Positions 60,301 through 64,000 of a DNA stretch of 64,000 nt are shown here, piece after piece. Each line of letters begins with the position of its first letter. Positions within the stretch are counted from its first letter, which is position 1. Source of the stretch: Phallusia mammillata. Its lineage: Eukaryota. The stretch spans positions 4,030,001 to 4,094,000 of the forward strand of contig OZ281500.1 in assembly GCA_965637545.1 (NCBI GenBank), written 5' to 3'. Position numbers and translations under genes: made by a program. The notes beneath the pieces were generated by a model. The model saw nothing but the letters and a program-made list of their open reading frames with translations, ran no database searches and had not been told where the DNA came from.

Positions 60301-63227
60301 GACACCACGGATAATATTATTCACTTCATAACAGAGTTTTACCCTATCTGGTTGTACCGACTGTTTTTCATGAACAGTAGGTAGAAAGCTAATTATATTT
60401 ACTTTTAACGACTGCTTAAAAAGTTGATTTTCGCTTGTCTTTCCCCTATAGCCTACAACTTAAGAGTTTTATACAGATTTACGCTTGTTTGTAAACATTT
60501 ACGTCTACGTTTAAATTTTTTAGATTTCTTATGTAAGACAGATATGTTCGCTATAAACGCATCGTCTAAGTTTGTAAAAAAGCAGCATAATAGAAAAGGC
60601 TGATAGTGCTGCCCCTTAATACACGATTGTTACACAACTGAAAGCCTTGCGCACAAAACCGACTAAAACACACGCAGTATAAAAGATATAAGAACGCAGC
60701 ACAGATAAAACCGGTAACAGCGTAAAAACAACCGAGAAAATAATTGTGTTACTTACACCTATAGATAAACTTTAAATGTCGATTATATTCAACGATTTGT
60801 CTTCACAGCTATATCCGGGTTAACGGTGCGCGATTGTTCACGTGAATTCGCACTTGATTAAACAAACCCCTCTGCAAGATACTTAGTTTAAGCGCACTGA
60901 GTCGATTGGCATTCCCCAAAAGGGAGTTCTGTGCAAGCGTCAGCAATTTCGGGAAGCCATAAATTATAACGTTGCGTTGTTCACGATTTTGCCATTCCAC
61001 TGTCAGCGCCATGCATATTTTTCTCAGAGCATCGTATGGGGGCTGCATTAAAAACTGATAGAATACGTTGTTGTATTATTTTGTACAATACTTCTATCCC
61101 AGTACATTTGAAAATTACATATAGTGGTGAAATCACTTATGTTGCTATCCAAACTTAAGCGTCAATATATTTTGTAACTGCCTTCATATAACAGTAAATA
61201 TCCCAATGGGGCTAACAACAATAATGTTGTTGGGTGTTTTGCGGATGTGGGTATTTAGACTTCAAACCACTTCTTTGAATATCTCAACTGCACTGCCCAT
61301 CACACAGGTTTACATAAAACTCATAGGATCGAACACAAAAGCGCACATATTGGAGTGTTTAAATTTAAGGTTTTGCTTTGATATTGTAATCCAAATAGCT
61401 TCGTGGAAATCGAATTGACCGCATGTATGTTGTACAAAGCGCTACAAGGCGGGAAAATTTACCGTGCTGTTGTAAAACACAGTTGTGGTTTTAATACGTT
61501 TGTATTCAGATCGTAAACTCTTGCGATCTATCGTCATATCTCAACACCGCAAATAACTTTCATCTTTTTCCGCTCTCTACTGGGCTGTAGACTATCTGAG
61601 CCAAATTACCAGTGTGCAATAGTAAAATTTGGGCATCGGTTTAGGTGATTGAAAAGTACCTTGTTTATAAAACCCCAAAACAAAATTAACAAAATATTTT
61701 TGCGTTATAGGCCATGCAAGTTTTGGGCCCACTCTTAAACGAGGTTTAGATAGATAGTAAAAGATAATTTAGATAGTAAAAAAGACTTTCATGGTGCGTT
61801 TGTGTTTACCAAACCGTGGCCCAAAACCCATGGCCTTATAAGCGGGGGCAATGCAGGGACAACCCTTGGCTACTCAACCTTCAACCAATCATAACCACAA
61901 GTACACTTTCGGCTTCGGGCATGAACACATCTGAACTTGATTTGTGCCTGTCAGAATACCACATAATAAGTATGCAACTATAGGGTATGCAGGTTAGGAC
62001 CGGTTTAAAAATAAGTAAAATTATGTTGTGTGTAGAAACGCAGTCCACCACATGTCTTGTTTCATAACTCGTCTTTGCGAAAAGGTAGTAACTAAAGAGT
62101 TTTCTTTAAAGCTTGGCACAGAGTGAGTTAAACGAACTCGCGTGTAGCTGACTGTGATATAAGTGTACAAAACTGGCAAAAATGACTTTCTCTTGATCAT
62201 TTAAACATTTAGATGAGCGTGTTGACAGTTTTCAACAAGTTATAACTTTAAATCCAGGTGTTGCAAAAATCGCCGTTGCTTAACAAAACAAGTGTATTTG
62301 TTGCTTTGGGCGTTTAGAGCAGTAGGCCTACATTTGATAAGTGCTGCAGATAGCAAATAAAGGAAACCTAAATCTGATACAGTCATCCACGAAGGCGCAA
62401 TTATCTCAATGTTTGGGGCTTTAGATTAACTTATAGCTTTGGGGGTCTTTCGTTCTCTTTTTAAACTGTTTATCGCGGGTAACCGTGTAATGACGCGAAT
62501 CTTCATGAATAATAGGTGAGTTCCGACAACGAACGACGGCTTATGAAATATGGATTACCAGGTTACACACTCATTGGCCAGATGCGCCTTTCACCACACA
62601 AGCTTTTGCAGTATGTTAGTGTGGCACCAATGCGAGCTCCACTGAAACTAGTGACTTGTTCTGTGTTGTTTAAAAAAAACCTTAGGATTTGTCAGGAGAA
62701 ATAAGCGCAGGTGCCATAAACAGAACCACGCAGAAAAGCTTTTGGCGTGTTGGACTATATAGTCCTTGTGTTAGGATAACTGATTCGACTTTGCTTATAT
62801 GCTTTTCTGTTTATTCAGACTGTCTGAAAATCGCAATGTTTTTTTTCTTAAACTAGTAAGGGTTTTGAAAAACTTTCGTTGCGAACGATGTTACTACACA
62901 AGATTTAATGACCTGAATGTGTGGTTAAGCGCTATAAGAAACGTAGCAGAATCAAAATACAGTACAAACGCGGTCTACTGAAACAAACGTGGTCTACATG
63001 TTTGTAAATAGAGCAGATATTACAACAAAATAGGGGGCGGAAACAAAAAACAGAAACCGGTTCACAAAATGGTAGGAAACAGCATACTTTATGACCAACT
63101 ATGAAATTTTGACACTTTCGGTAAAAGGCATCCGAAAGAATGGTAATCGCGAAGTGGTACACAGTGATATTGAATGGCGTTTAATTACACATCGACATTT
63201 CGTGAAGGTGGTAGTTTAGTAGCTTAC

Positions 63228-63336
63228 CTGTGGCGGCCGCATATTGGTAATTAAATTCCAGGTTCGCTACTTCTTTGTGTGTAAATCGCTTGCGTGTTTG
63301 CGATGTTTCCTCTTGTTGATCAGTTTGTCTGGGCGG
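63228..63336 (-). CDS. Orphan candidate exon (109 nt, phase 0/1) of an unidentified gene
   Basis: Minus strand: ttttcttatcacag|CCG...ACAG|gtaagc, with strong sites on both sides. Only frame 0 is open: PPRQTDQQEETSQTRKRFTHKEVANLEFNYQYAAAT. No partner exons found. Confidence 0.35.
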
Positions 63337-64000
63337 CTGTGATAAGAAAATGTTGATGTGTCGTAAAAACGTTGATCACTTTAAACACGCATTGCGTGGA
63401 AGGTAAATATGTATTAAAAATAGCCTTTGATAGTCACGCTGTAATATCATAAGTATTCAGCAATGTTTTGTAGGTTGTTGTTTTAAAGATGTGTTAGCCT
63501 AAAATGTCAAGCATGTAGTTGCTGGCCAAAATTGTTGGTTTTGACAAGAAATAGGTTCTTTGGACCAGGATATTAATAACACGAGATTCATTTAGCCAAT
63601 ATTTGGTTTTAGTAACTCTTACATGTGCGACAAGTTTGTCTTTCAATATTTGTTATAAAAAGTCGATAAAGCGCTAGCAAGCACTTTGGGTCGTATTTGC
63701 GGGGTTAACAAAATGGAAGACGCATCAAAGAGTTTGTCAAGAATCATAAAATCCCAGGCTTATAAAGCAAGCGATTGCGTCTTCAAAGAATTCGAAAATC
63801 TTTAAGTGGGAAAGAATAATAAATCTGATGGGCAAAACAATGCACCTCAAAAACGTTGGTTTTAATAAAGCTCTTCTCGGATGGAAAGCGCAAGTGGCAA
63901 TCGAGGTTCAATATTGTCGATAATATTTATCCTAGGCCGTTCGCGTGTGATGATATAAGCCTCTTCAGTTGCCTGGAGTGTTTGCTTATGCAGGGGCTTA

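Noticed and set aside
58888-61048. ORFs at 58888 (112 aa), 59999 (110 aa) and 60809 (79 aa)
   Set aside because: No recognisable motifs or supporting splice structure. Treated as chance ORFs in GC-richer islands.
1-64000. CRISPR array, operon-like prokaryotic system or autonomous transposase/RT ORF
   Set aside because: No regularly spaced repeat-spacer series and no long uninterrupted ORF. The DNA is clearly spliceosomal-intron-containing eukaryotic sequence.

Overview
AT-rich, intron-rich animal genomic DNA. It is probably an invertebrate chordate such as an ascidian, but that is inferred from gene style and repeat content and is not provable here. It is not prokaryotic, there is no CRISPR array, and most entries in the ORF track are spurious or are exon fragments. 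I assembled four spliced genes by hand with consistent intron phases. (1) A PDE3-like membrane protein on the minus strand: 5 N-terminal exons at 22794-15561, then a very long intron, with any catalytic domain lying left of the window. (2) A complete 16-exon CPT1 on the minus strand, 40002-25499, 767 aa. (3) A complete 7-exon SLC25A32-type mitochondrial folate/FAD carrier on the minus strand, 46130-43857, 296 aa. (4) A complete 8-exon secreted FG-GAP/VCBS-repeat protein on the plus strand, 47360-53559, 475 aa, head-to-head with the carrier. There are two orphan candidate exons (619-798 and 63228-63336). Non-coding DNA holds many hAT-type MITEs, several with 8-bp target-site duplications, plus Tc1/pogo-like MITEs and a degenerate tRNA-like sequence. 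Three Penelope-type minimal hammerhead ribozyme motifs sit in CPT1 introns. One of them lies in a 140-bp element with 26-bp inverted arms and a 13-bp direct flanking repeat, which is the most unusual structure I found. Full CRE palindromes are strikingly frequent, especially in the PDE3-like locus.
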